From an uncultured Candidatus Binatia bacterium (GTDB lineage: Bacteria; Desulfobacterota; Binatia; Bin18), in contig OZ243961.1 in assembly GCA_965214605.1 (NCBI GenBank), positions 2,272,001-2,336,000 of the forward strand: DNA of 64,000 nt, written 5' to 3'. The notes beneath the pieces are model-generated. The model was not told where the DNA came from. It worked only from the letters and a program-made list of their open reading frames with translations, and did not search any database. This document shows positions 48,635-58,973 of this stretch, one piece after another. The position numbers and the translations under genes are program-made. Each line of letters starts with the position of its first letter. The stretch's first letter is position 1.

Positions 48635-49582
48635 CTATTGGGCGAAGGCCTCGATCGCGTTCCGCACCGCGTCCCCGTAGCTCTGGCCACCGACCGGCGA
48701 CGGATTAAAAATCGGCATCTGAATACCGGCTTCTTGAAAAACGGCCAGTCGCTCACGGCAGCGGGCCGGCGGACCGATCAGGCACAGCTCATCGGCCATT
48801 TTCTCCGACACAAAGCCGCTGCCGTCATTCTTGAGCAGGCCGGCCGCCTCGTCCTCATAGCCGCTGTCGTGGAAGAGTTTGTTATAGAACGGGAGGGTGC
48901 CGTAGAACATCAGGCTCTGTTTGGCCGTCTCCATCGCCGTGTCCATATCGTCATGAATACAAGTGATGAGACCGGTCGTCACATCCACCTCAGAGATCGA
49001 CCGGCCAGCCTTGGCCACGCCTTTTTCCAGCGCGGCTAGGGTGGTTGGAAGCCGGCCGGTAGGACACAGGTAGAGCATGACCCCGTCGGCCATCTCGCCG
49101 CTGAGTTGGACCGTACCCAGGGCCAACGCACCAATATAGATCGGCACGCCATAGCTCGCCGCCCGCGGTTGCATCGCCATCCCCGGGATTTCTTTGCCGG
49201 CCGCCACGTCGCGCAGCGCACCGATATAATTGCGCAGAAAAGTCCGTGGTTTTTCCATTTTCTCCTGATACACGCCCTCAACAATAGGCCGATGGCTTAC
49301 CCCGAGCCCGAGAATCAAGCGCCCTTTTGAGGTATCGTCAATGGCGACTGCGGTCTGGGCGCACAGGGCGGGATGGCGCAGATAAATATTGGCGATCCAG
49401 GTGCCGACCTTAATCTTTGAGGTTGCTTGGGCCATAATCTGGCAGTTCATCAGGGAGTCATTCATAAACTCCGGCGAAAAAATTGCCTCAAACCCGGCTG
49501 CCTCGGCGTGACGTGCCAAATCTCGCAGCTCGTTAAAGGTGAGGCCCGACATATTGGCAGCAACAATTCCTAGTCTTGCCAT
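48635..49582 (-). CDS. LLM-class flavin/F420-dependent oxidoreductase (Mer-like)
   Basis: IANIYLRHP and GRLILGLGVSH motifs; RBS AAGGAG. Confidence 0.85.
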   Translation of the reverse strand: MARLGIVAANMSGLTFNELRDLARHAEAAGFEAIFSPEFMNDSLMNCQIMAQATSKIKVGTWIANIYLRHPALCAQTAVAIDDTSKGRLILGLGVSHRPIVEGVYQEKMEKPRTFLRNYIGALRDVAAGKEIPGMAMQPRAASYGVPIYIGALALGTVQLSGEMADGVMLYLCPTGRLPTTLAALEKGVAKAGRSISEVDVTTGLITCIHDDMDTAMETAKQSLMFYGTLPFYNKLFHDSGYEDEAAGLLKNDGSGFVSEKMADELCLIGPPARCRERLAVFQEAGIQMPIFNPSPVGGQSYGDAVRNAIEAFAQ

Positions 49583-49897
49583 AAATCTGTTCTCCTTATT
49601 TGAGAGAGCGCATGCTCGGGTCAGTACACCACACTCTTGACGCGTCTGCAATGTTGTGGGTGGAGGGCTTGGGCGGTTTGTCCTTACGCTTTCGCGCCGG
49701 CGTGGTCGAAATCAGACCGAACACGTGTAGTCGGGACGAGAGTTGCCCAAACGTTTCACGCTTGGGGTGAGGCGTTGACAAGTCTAGCAATCCCGAGGGC
49801 GCTTCTGGTCTCGATAATCTATTGATTGATGTAGGACTTTTTAGTAATTGGTCTCAATGATTATTGGATGCTGGGCGAGGTACAAAGGGGAGCAGAT

Positions 49898-50239
49898 ATG
49901 GCAGCAGGGGTCGCGAGTTTGCAGAAACAGGCCGCCCGAGTCCTGGCAAGCTTAGAAAAAGAGATTGCGAAAAAAGAGAAGGAAATAGCCGCTCTGCGGG
50001 AAGAGGCCGATCTCTGCGTGCTCATCTTGGGAAAGCAAACTCCTAAAGCTTCAGCCAAAGGCGCGCCTCGGAAACGGATCGATTGGGCAGCAGTTCTCAA
50101 CGGCTTACCAGATCAGTTTAGCACCAAAGATGTGATTGCAAAGGTCGATAAGTCCGCGGCCGCGGTCTACACGCAGCTGTACCAGATGGCAAAGACGGGC
50201 CGGCTGAAGCGGACCAAGGACGGATACGAGAAGGTGTAG
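49898..50239 (+). CDS. Small basic coiled-coil plus winged-helix-like protein (possible DNA-binding protein)
   Basis: Heptad LEKEIAKKEKEIAALREE, a Lys-rich linker and C-terminal FSTKDV...VYTQLYQMAKTGRLKR..DGY. Confidence 0.6.
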   Translation: MAAGVASLQKQAARVLASLEKEIAKKEKEIAALREEADLCVLILGKQTPKASAKGAPRKRIDWAAVLNGLPDQFSTKDVIAKVDKSAAAVYTQLYQMAKTGRLKRTKDGYEKV

Positions 50240-50255
50240 AGGAGCCTTCATCCCG

Positions 50256-51528
50256 ATGCTGACAACAGCGCTGTCAGACGCATGAGTAGGTATCGTATAG
50301 TTCTCTGGTTGAAGTTGAAGTTGCTGTCGTCTCTGGTCTCGTTCATGTATGAGTTTTCCGCACAGGAAATTCCGATCACCCTTGTCCCGGCCGATACTCA
50401 GGAAAGAAGGCATGGGCGATACTCCCCCTATTGCACGCGGCCTCCTCACCGTCGCCGGCTCCTTGATCAACCGCAGTGCCGCCTGCCCAGAGAATTGTCC
50501 CTGGACGGCTAGGTGGGGCAGGTTCGGGAGATTGTGCCCTTCGCGCTAGTGGCCAAGGAGAGCGTCCTCAAGGGAGGATTCGTTCCGCAAGAGAATCCGG
50601 CTGAGGTGATGTGGTAGTGAGTGAGAACGTCACGGTGTTCGGCAGACCAAGCCTTGGGGACGCGTCTGTGTTACGCAAGCACCAGGACGACCCCGTTCCG
50701 GAATCGGTCAATCGCCAGGGAGACTTTGTCCTCCCCTCCGGCGATAAGACCGATTGTTCCAATGCCGGTATGCTGGCTCGACGCCCGCCGACGATCCTGC
50801 CCGATAGGACTCTGGCCGAGACCCCCATCAAAATCCAGCGTGCTGCCAGTCGCACGAACGGCAACGCTCTGCATGCAACACGCCCCCTTCGCTGGCCAGC
50901 CTACAGGATTGCCGGTGCCCCGACGGGGGGACGTGCGATTCCTAAACCGGGTGAGGGCTCACTGGCCTGGCCCGGGGTGCTCTTTCTCGATGCCCTCCCG
51001 GGATTTCGCAAAAAGGGTTTGGCAGTTTTCCACTCCCTCCTAGAAGACACACGGGCGACAATCGCGCGGCCGCTGGACTCGGTTTCCTCCCCGACACACA
51101 TTCTGTTGGTGGCCGATATCCTCCACCTTCGACCCTATCGGGCCAGGGCGTTCAGGCCGCTGCGAGATCGTGTGGACATGCAGGCCGAGGGCCCGGCCGT
51201 GCAATATAGAGAGCCGAGCCGAGGGAGGACGGCTGAAAACCCGACAACGTTCCGAGTGCGGGCGAACTGTGTCCGACAGGTCAAGCTCACGCGCTTCTCC
51301 GGGCGACGGGTGTTCTGCAAGGCGCCCGTGACGAGGCGGAACCTCCGGCGGTTTTGCCAACCCGGTGAGAGCGGTGGTGCAAAGCTCCTAGAGAATGCCA
51401 TGGCCCGGCTTGGACTGAGCCCCCAGGCATCTCCTCAGATTCTGAAAGTCGCCCGCACCCTTCCGACGGGCGAGGAACACCTTGACGGAGCGCGCCTAGG
51501 TGCAAACGATTCAGGAGCGTGCGCATGA
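50256..51528 (+). pseudogene. comM: Decayed YifB/ComM-family Mg-chelatase-like ATPase
   Basis: PKPGEGSLAWPGVLFLDALPGF (canonical PGEISLAH.GVLFLDELPEF), LRDRVD and ILKVART; the 5' part has stops and frameshifts. Confidence 0.78.
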
Positions 51529-51580
51529 TGGGCAGGAAGGGCGCGGTTTACCGTCCCCGGTTCCGTATGGATGGAGCATC

Positions 51581-52303
51581 GTGCTGATTAACATTGATAA
51601 CGTCAAACGCCGACAGCTAGAGATTAAGACCGAGGTGGCCGCCCTGCGCGCCCACCTGCGCGTGTCTGAAGCACCAGACCAGCGCACCAGATTGGAAGAG
51701 CTGAAGGCCCTGGCCGATTTTCTGCGTACGCTCTCCCTGGTTCACGCCCGGCTTGATCGGGGAGAGCCGAAGAATCTGGCCGAAATAGCCGAGTATCGTC
51801 CTCCGGATAGCGAGCGGCTGTATATCTTTTCTGGCGATCCACGCCCCTTTCTGTCATGGCGAGCCCTCCTTGAAGTCTGTCTGGTTGCCGGTCCGAGTGC
51901 GGAGGGCAAACTGCCCGCGCTGTACTATCTCTACCACGCCCCCCAAGGCGCGTTGGCCGTCATGGCCGGTGTCCGCTCCCTGCCGCGCGATTACCTCGTG
52001 GCGGAAGAGGCCGGGTCGGCCGCTTCGCCGTTTTCAGCCAGGGATTTACTCAGCACCTTTTGTGTGTATCCGCAACGGGTCGGCAGCAACGCGTTTGTGT
52101 TTCGCAGTTTTCCTATCTGGCTGCCCGAGCAATTATCGGCCGAGCGTCTAGAGGAGGCTGTGTTTCAGTTTTTCCGGGAGAATTTTTCTGATACCCGGCC
52201 TGCTCTGCTGTGGGATCATCCCAATTTTCACCGCGTCGCTGAACTCATGCGGATGGGATGGTGGAAGAGGCTGAACGGGAAAGCCTCCATCGAAAACACA
52301 TAA
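51581..52303 (+). CDS. Hypothetical protein (~240 aa)
   Basis: Open ORF with GGAG before GTG 51581 and a terminator downstream; no family recognised. Confidence 0.6.
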   Translation: MLINIDNVKRRQLEIKTEVAALRAHLRVSEAPDQRTRLEELKALADFLRTLSLVHARLDRGEPKNLAEIAEYRPPDSERLYIFSGDPRPFLSWRALLEVCLVAGPSAEGKLPALYYLYHAPQGALAVMAGVRSLPRDYLVAEEAGSAASPFSARDLLSTFCVYPQRVGSNAFVFRSFPIWLPEQLSAERLEEAVFQFFRENFSDTRPALLWDHPNFHRVAELMRMGWWKRLNGKASIENT

Positions 52304-52304
52304 A

Positions 52305-52339
52305 AAGGCCGCAGCCTATAGAGAGAGGGCTGCGGCCTT
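52305..52339. terminator. Probably bidirectional Rho-independent terminator
   Basis: AAGGCCGCAGCC...GGCTGCGGCCTT between convergent genes. Confidence 0.7.
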
Positions 52340-52359
52340 GGTGTCTTTGCGAACTGTCC

Positions 52360-53655
52360 CTAGGCGGCCTTGAGGTCAGGGACGACGGGGTCGCGTTTGC
52401 CGGAGGCCGGCAGCGGACGGGTGCCGGGCATCTGTTCAAACGGACCGGGCAGGTCGAACTCTTTGGCCATCTCACGCATGGCCGGCAGGACTTCCTCGCC
52501 CAGCAGCCGGAGACAGGTCTTGCGCTCCTCAAAGGTCATCGGGCCGTGGTGGTACCAGACGCCGAAGATGCCCGGCCGCAGCTGTTCGAGCATTGTGCGG
52601 AGTCTGGCAATAACGGTCTTGGGCGTTCCGGCGATGATCAGGCCGGCTTCTTTGGCATTCTTGTAATTCTCGCCAATGCTGTCCAAGACTTCCTGAACGT
52701 TGACGTTCCCCTCCGTCTGCCGAATGATTTCGGTCCCGGTCCGGGGATCGACTAGAGCCTGGGCTAAACGCTTGGTCGCCGCTTTCGAGTTGTAGCCCGG
52801 AGGGAACATCCACTCGGGCCGGGCAAATGAGCCAAACCCGCCGCCAAACACAAAGCCGCGTCCCAAGCGTTCGGCTTCTTCCTCTGTCTCGGCCACAACC
52901 ACGTTCTGGAGATACCCGAAGTTCTCTGGACCGGCCTGGTAGCCCTGCTGCTCGGCCACGTCGGCGTACAGATTGACCATCTCAATCGTCGGTTCCAGAT
53001 TGGTGCCCAGCGCAACGTAGGGATAACGATGTTGGGCCGACCACACCACGGTTTCGGGACTGACCAAGCCGGGGATCCACTGTTGGGGCACCGGCTTTTG
53101 GATCGGCAGCTGCCAGGGGTTGACAAAGCGATAGTGGAAGTGCTTGCCCTCGTAGCGCCACGGGCCGGGTTTGGTCCAGGCCTGATTGATGAAGTCGTGG
53201 GCTTCGTTAAAGCGCTCACGGTTGTAGGCCGGGTTGATGTTGTTGGCGATCTGCTCGCTCCCCGCCCCGCGCACCCAACCGGGCACTAAACGCCCGCCCG
53301 AGATCATGTCGATGGTGGCCAACTCTTCGGCCAAACGCAGAGGGTCGCCCACGGGCAAGGGGTTGCCGAGTAGGACGATTTTGACCCGCTTGGTGATGCG
53401 GGCCAGAATTGCGGCTTCGACGTCCATCACACCACCGCCGCAAAAGGGCGTTTGGTGGTGTTCGTTGAGCATCACCCCATCAAAACCGAGTTCTTCGGCG
53501 TAGATCCGCTCATCAAGATATTCGTTCATGAGCTGACCGCCGCGTTCGGCATCGAAAACTGTGTTCGGGATACCAAAATAGCTCGGGCCGTTTTTGATGA
53601 TGTCTTCTTCCGGGACATCGACATACTCCCGTTCCGAGAAGGACATAATATGCAT
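52360..53655 (-). CDS. LLM-class flavin-dependent oxidoreductase
   Basis: LNEHH, LAEELATID and PIQKP motifs. Confidence 0.88.
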   Translation of the reverse strand: MHIMSFSEREYVDVPEEDIIKNGPSYFGIPNTVFDAERGGQLMNEYLDERIYAEELGFDGVMLNEHHQTPFCGGGVMDVEAAILARITKRVKIVLLGNPLPVGDPLRLAEELATIDMISGGRLVPGWVRGAGSEQIANNINPAYNRERFNEAHDFINQAWTKPGPWRYEGKHFHYRFVNPWQLPIQKPVPQQWIPGLVSPETVVWSAQHRYPYVALGTNLEPTIEMVNLYADVAEQQGYQAGPENFGYLQNVVVAETEEEAERLGRGFVFGGGFGSFARPEWMFPPGYNSKAATKRLAQALVDPRTGTEIIRQTEGNVNVQEVLDSIGENYKNAKEAGLIIAGTPKTVIARLRTMLEQLRPGIFGVWYHHGPMTFEERKTCLRLLGEEVLPAMREMAKEFDLPGPFEQMPGTRPLPASGKRDPVVPDLKAA

Positions 53656-54031
53656 ACCACTTCCTCCTTTGCTGTCTGGAATGGCTCTTCCTTAGCACCA
53701 AATGGACGGCAATGATAGGCGTGGCTGGTACAGAGCTCCGATCTTTTCGGATCTCAGGCCGGGTGCGCAGCAATTTCCCGGCGAGATAAGGCTAGACGGC
53801 GCCCCCACCGCCCCAGGGGGCAGAGAGGCGGAGCACCGTTCATAGAGCCGGGCAACCGGAAAAGTCGGATCGAGACATCTCGTCGCAGAAGGGCTGCCCC
53901 TGGTGGTGCTCCAGCGGGGAGGGCAAGGAGGGGAGCCGTTTGCGGTGATTCCGGGAACAGCGACATATTCCCGCGCCGAGCAGGACCTCCTTAGGAGGTA
54001 TAATCGCTGCCTGCTTTGCGGTGTGGAGCCC

Positions 54032-54691
54032 TCATTGGACCGTAAACCGCTCCTGCATCCGCTCCCACCAGGCGTGGAGACCGGCTGCATGGTCAAACAG
54101 CGGCTCGTCGCTGACTCTGGTCACGAAGGTGAAGGTTCCGAACAGACAGATATCGGCATAGCTGAAGGCGCCGAAAAAATACGCCTGACCGGCCAGCGTG
54201 GCGTTCAGATCGGCCAAGACTTTTTGCAGTTGAGGGCGGAACTCGTCCCGTCTGGCCGCGATGTCTTCAAGCCGCGCGCCAAAGCGCGGCTCCCGCGACT
54301 GGCGGAAGTAGTGGCGGTCGCCCGGCTCAATTTTGGCAAAGATATCGTTGACAACAACCGGGAGCAGGGCCGGGTGAACGGTATTGTCCACGTACAGATT
54401 AAAAAAGCGGCAGGCTTCCTTGTGTCCCAGAGCGGGAAAAATCTTGGGCTCGGCCTGCCGTTCCTCAAGATCACACGCAATCGTCCATGAGTCGGACACG
54501 ACCGTGCCGTCGTCGTGCTTGATGACCGGGACGCGGTCTTGGCCGGAGAAGGCAAGCTTTTGCTTTTCCGTAAAACGCACCGTCTGGGTTGTGTAGGGGA
54601 GGTTTTTGTAGCCTAAGACGGCCTTGGTCCGCGTACAAAACGGACTAAAGCGCAGATCGTTCGCACCAACGAGATCGTACAGTTCAATCAT
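54032..54691 (-). CDS. Glutathione S-transferase family protein (LigE/beta-etherase-like)
   Basis: FSPFC, VPV, DSWTIA and SYAD motifs. Confidence 0.82.
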   Translation of the reverse strand: MIELYDLVGANDLRFSPFCTRTKAVLGYKNLPYTTQTVRFTEKQKLAFSGQDRVPVIKHDDGTVVSDSWTIACDLEERQAEPKIFPALGHKEACRFFNLYVDNTVHPALLPVVVNDIFAKIEPGDRHYFRQSREPRFGARLEDIAARRDEFRPQLQKVLADLNATLAGQAYFFGAFSYADICLFGTFTFVTRVSDEPLFDHAAGLHAWWERMQERFTVQ

Positions 54692-54804
54692 GGTCGGCTC
54701 CCTCCGCGGTCATACCTACACGGCCTTTCCCATAGCTCTTATTTTTTGTCAAGCCGTCTGCTAGGTATGGAACAGTACCCCTAGGGTGACAAGGAGGAGA
54801 GACG

Positions 54805-55479
54805 ATGTGTGGCCGCTACGCCTTGACGTCAGACGCAGAACGCCTTGAGGAACGCTTTGGGTGTTCCCTGTCCGGCGTCTCCTACTCTCCCCGCTATAAC
54901 ATCGCCCCTAGCCAGTCGGTTTTGGCCCTGATCAACGCGGCCGACAATACCGAACGGCGGGCGGGCTTTTTGCGCTGGGGGCTGATTCCGCCGTGGGCCA
55001 AAGACCCATCGGTCGGGGCCAAGATGATCAATGCTCGGTCTGAGACGGTGACGGAAAAGCCCAGCTTTAAGCACGCCTTGCGCAGGCGTCGGTGTTTGAT
55101 TGTCGCGGACGGATTTTACGAGTGGAAAAAAGACGGCTCGACCAAGACCCCGCTGTATATCAGCCTGCGCTCGGGCGAGCCGTTTGCCTTTGCCGGGTTG
55201 TGGGAAAAATGGGCCGCCGAGTCCGGCGAAGCGATCTATTCGTGTACGATTCTTACCACCAGCCCTAACGCGCTGACGGCGCCTATTCACCACCGCATGC
55301 CGGTGATCTTACCGTCTGAGGCCGAGACGCTGTGGTTGGACCGGACCGTTCAGGAGCCCGACTCGGTGCTTCCCCTGCTTACGTCCTATCCAGCCGAGGC
55401 AATGAGAGCCTTCGCCGTGTCGGCGTTTGTCAACTCTCCCCGCAACGAGAGCCCCGAGTGCCTGAGGCCGCTGGACTAA
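54805..55479 (+). CDS. SOS response-associated peptidase (SRAP; YedK/HMCES family)
   Basis: MCGRY, RYNIAP, NARSET, GFYEW and HHRMP motifs. Confidence 0.93.
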   Translation: MCGRYALTSDAERLEERFGCSLSGVSYSPRYNIAPSQSVLALINAADNTERRAGFLRWGLIPPWAKDPSVGAKMINARSETVTEKPSFKHALRRRRCLIVADGFYEWKKDGSTKTPLYISLRSGEPFAFAGLWEKWAAESGEAIYSCTILTTSPNALTAPIHHRMPVILPSEAETLWLDRTVQEPDSVLPLLTSYPAEAMRAFAVSAFVNSPRNESPECLRPLD

Positions 55480-55496
55480 ATCCTCTCTCTCAGGGT

Positions 55497-56291
55497 TCAT
55501 GTCCCAAATTCAGGCGGGCGTTTTTCCAAAAACGCCCGCATCCCCTCTCGGGCATCGGCGGACAGAAAAAGTTCGGCCTGGCTGTCATGCTCATAGCTGA
55601 GGATTGCCTCTAGGTCGGCGTCGGCTCCAAGGTACACTCCGCGTTTGATATACGCCAGGGTCTGGGGCGGCCCGGCGGCCACCCGCCGGGCAAAATCGAG
55701 GGCGTCGGTCCGAAAACTCTCGTACGGATAGATCCGATTTAGCAAACCTAGCCGAAGGGCCTCGGCGGCATCAATCCGCTCGCCGATCATCATCAACTCC
55801 AGGGCTTTGGCCGTTCCAACCAGGCGGGGTAATGACGAGAAACCCGCCCAGTCCGGGACGAGCCCGATTTTGACAAAGCTCTCGGCAAAGCGGGCGGTGT
55901 CGGAGCCTAAACGGAGGTCGCAGCCCAGAGCGAGATTCATCCCCGCCCCGGCAGCCGCGCCGTTCACCGCCGCAATGACCGGCTTGGCCATGCGGCGGAT
56001 GAGCCGTATGATCTTGCCGCCAACACCCATCCGTTCTTTGATCACGGCGTCGTTGTCGTCGGCTTGGAGTTTGGCCATACTAGCGATATCACCTCCGGCG
56101 CAGAAGGCTCGGCCCGCGCCGGTAAGCATCACGCACCGCACCGCACTGTCGTCGGCCGCCCGTTCCAGCGTGGCTAAGAGTTCCTCGCGCATCGTCCCCT
56201 CAAAGGCGTTCAACACCTCCGGGCGATTGAGGGTAATAAGTGCAACGCGCTCCGACACGTGAGTCACAATTCGGTTTGTCGCCATACGCAT
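55497..56291 (-). CDS. Enoyl-CoA hydratase/isomerase family protein
   Basis: FCAGGDI, AAVNGAAAGAG and EGMRAFLEKR motifs. Confidence 0.9.
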   Translation of the reverse strand: MRMATNRIVTHVSERVALITLNRPEVLNAFEGTMREELLATLERAADDSAVRCVMLTGAGRAFCAGGDIASMAKLQADDNDAVIKERMGVGGKIIRLIRRMAKPVIAAVNGAAAGAGMNLALGCDLRLGSDTARFAESFVKIGLVPDWAGFSSLPRLVGTAKALELMMIGERIDAAEALRLGLLNRIYPYESFRTDALDFARRVAAGPPQTLAYIKRGVYLGADADLEAILSYEHDSQAELFLSADAREGMRAFLEKRPPEFGT

Positions 56292-57594
56292 CTCTCCTTA
56301 ACATAAATCTCATTTTTTGCTCGGCGGATTGAGCAATGCTGTGCTATCTCTTACGGTGTGGGTGTCAAGCCCTTCCGTAAACCGTCCGGCCACCTCGGCC
56401 ACTTTCGTTCTGCCGCTTCTTGCCCTCTCTGAGCCAGAGATGATCCAGGGTATGGCTCGTCATGCCAACGCCACTGCCCGTAGCGCGACAGGCAGCCGGA
56501 CGTGTCGACCTCCGGCACGCTTCGGCAGGCCTGTCCTCTGATCCGTTCTGCTCCAGCTTGCTGATATGTTGGAGGAATGTCACCCGATCTAACTCTCACC
56601 CTTCCTCGCCCCTCTGTCTAGCGAGCTCTCGGGCTTGAGCGAGTCGCGGGGCTGCCTCTCCTTCTTTTGCATGGCAGACCAAGAGAGGAGGGGCCCAAGG
56701 CATAGAGCAACGCATTGCCGGCTCTGAGCACGTCTTTCCTCTGTGAGACGGACAAAGCCATTTTTAATCGAAAGAGTCTTCCCCACATCCTTATTCACAC
56801 AAGCAAGCGTATCCTCAAAGAGCCGCTGGAAGTTCTGGAGGAGGTTCAAATTTCCGGCGCTTTCTCTGGTGTCCCTCTTTTGCTAGACGGTTTCGGCGCG
56901 GGGGCAAGTCCCCTCATCGACCCGCCCATTCACTTCACCATCTCTGCGTCCTCATCTGCTGTTCGTGGTGCATAGGGCGCAGAGGTCTCCGCTCATCTGC
57001 TTGGCGCCTCTCAGTACAGAAGCAGGACAACGAGAACAGGGCCGACTTGGAGCGGGCCAGGGCTTGTGGACGGTTTCTGACAGATAGCCCAGACTTTAAT
57101 GGCGTAAAAGACCTGCTAGTCCCGGAGGTTGAAGAGGCAACCGCCGGAGCAGGCCGGCCCGCCCCCTTCAGTGGGAGCGGTGGACTTTTTGCTATTGATG
57201 GCCCGGGGCCGGTGCGGTTTTTTGAGGGCGCGTTGCCACCGGAGGACTGAGACCTCAGGACATTGTCCCCGACCTCTTCGTTGGCTCTTCCCTAAAGACA
57301 GTGGCGCCACCCCCTCCGAGGGAGCGGCGTTGGCCTTCAGTGGAGCGGATGGATCGCGGTCAGGTGTGATGACACGCTGGAGTTTCTCGTTGGCACCCCG
57401 TAGAGATGGTCTTCTCTACGGGGCGAAGTCTCGGAACGAAGGGCCGGCCCTTGGCCACTTTTGATAATCCTCATCCGCATCAAGGGGCACGCTCCGGCGC
57501 TTGTATATGATGGGGATTTGCCCCCGAGCAAAACACAACGGGCTCAAAAAATTATCTTGAGGCCAAAAGGGGATCCTCTTGCCGCACGGCGGTG

Positions 57595-58962
57595 TCAGGC
57601 AGGGAGACAGGCGGCCAGGTGAATCAGGGCTCGGACCGCTGTTGCGTCCCGCGTTTCTAAGGTCTCAACAGCCTGGATACAGCGCTCGGTCTCTTCTTGA
57701 TTCAGCCGGGTCTGCAGGCAGGTGCGCACCTTAAGGAGGTGGTCCTCGCGTTCCAGCGGCGGCAGACCCCAACAGCCTTGAGGACCAGTGCAGCGGGCGT
57801 GTAGGCGGCTGCCGTCCTTGAGGGTCAGCCTGGTCTCAACCCACATCTTTTCCAACTGGCCGGGAATGGTGTCTGATTGTACAAGGCTGATTTTGGGCAG
57901 CAGCGTCTGCATGTCAGACCCGAACCGGCGTTCATCCGAAAAGGAGTCGATCGTGACCGCTCCGTCCAACAGCGCCGTGGCCAGCGTGTATTGAAAGCTA
58001 AATTTGCCGTCCAGGCCGCTCTGTGGAGCGGGCCGGTCGACATACGGCATGACCGGGGTGGTGAGCTCGACGGACGCAATGGCGGCGGGGGTGTCGAGCT
58101 GGCGATGCAGCTCCAGCCCGGTGCTAATCGCAAAATGGGTCGCGTACTGGCTGGGAAACAGTTTGATGACAAAGCCCGGATCGACCAGGCGATACGGATG
58201 ACCAAAGTCTAACAGTTTTTCCGTATCAAAGCCCTCAGCAAAGAAAACCTCGATATAGCCATTGGGTGCCTCGAAAATCTCGGTATTGGCGCTAAAGCCA
58301 CGCCGAGCCAACAGGGCGGCGTCGAGCCCGGCGGCCGCTGCCCAGCCGCAGTGGGTGGCCTTGGTCATAGTGCCAACGTTGGCCATGATTCCACCCGCCC
58401 GAGAGGCAGCCGTGCCCAGGGCGTGGCCGAGCTGGCGTTGATCGAGTCCCAGGACATGGGCGGCGGCCACGGCTGAACCCATGACACCCACAACTCCCGG
58501 TGGATGGTACTTGAGCTGGGCCGGGGTGTGTTGGTGTGAGGCCAGACGAATGCGCCCTTGGATTTCGCAGCCTTTGGCAAAGGCGGCAATCAGAGTGCGT
58601 CCGTCCGCCCGCTCGGTTTCGGCCAGGGCTAAGATAGTCGGCAGGGTCGGGGAAGTGGCGTGGGTGGGCGGACTCCACATTGGCTCGTAGTCGAGCACGT
58701 GCATAGCCGTACCGTTGACGGACGCGGCTGACACCGGAGAGGTTTTGAAACCCGCTCCGAGGACGCTTGAAACCGGCCTCCCGCCCAGGCTCTTCGCATG
58801 CGCCGCCGCAATCCGTGGCCCGTCCTCTAGTGAGCCGGCCACGGCCACCGCAATCCCGTCCAGCATAATCCGCTTAGCGACCGTCACGACCGCCGCCGGC
58901 AGGTTCTCAAAGTGGGTCTGAGTCAGGATGTGACACAGGTGTTGAGTGACAGGCGTTCCCAC
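57595..58962 (-). CDS. MmgE/PrpD family protein (cis-aconitate decarboxylase/IRG1-like)
   Basis: HVLDY...TH, HPPGVVG, TKATH and KFSFQY motifs; GTG start at 58962. Confidence 0.85.
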   Translation of the reverse strand: MGTPVTQHLCHILTQTHFENLPAAVVTVAKRIMLDGIAVAVAGSLEDGPRIAAAHAKSLGGRPVSSVLGAGFKTSPVSAASVNGTAMHVLDYEPMWSPPTHATSPTLPTILALAETERADGRTLIAAFAKGCEIQGRIRLASHQHTPAQLKYHPPGVVGVMGSAVAAAHVLGLDQRQLGHALGTAASRAGGIMANVGTMTKATHCGWAAAAGLDAALLARRGFSANTEIFEAPNGYIEVFFAEGFDTEKLLDFGHPYRLVDPGFVIKLFPSQYATHFAISTGLELHRQLDTPAAIASVELTTPVMPYVDRPAPQSGLDGKFSFQYTLATALLDGAVTIDSFSDERRFGSDMQTLLPKISLVQSDTIPGQLEKMWVETRLTLKDGSRLHARCTGPQGCWGLPPLEREDHLLKVRTCLQTRLNQEETERCIQAVETLETRDATAVRALIHLAACLPA

Positions 58963-58973
58963 GCGTTGCCTTT

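Noticed and set aside
51500-51515. ORF start MQTIQE identical to the DruE N-terminus
   Set aside because: The match is only six residues from an unlikely GTG start, with no further similarity, so it is coincidence.
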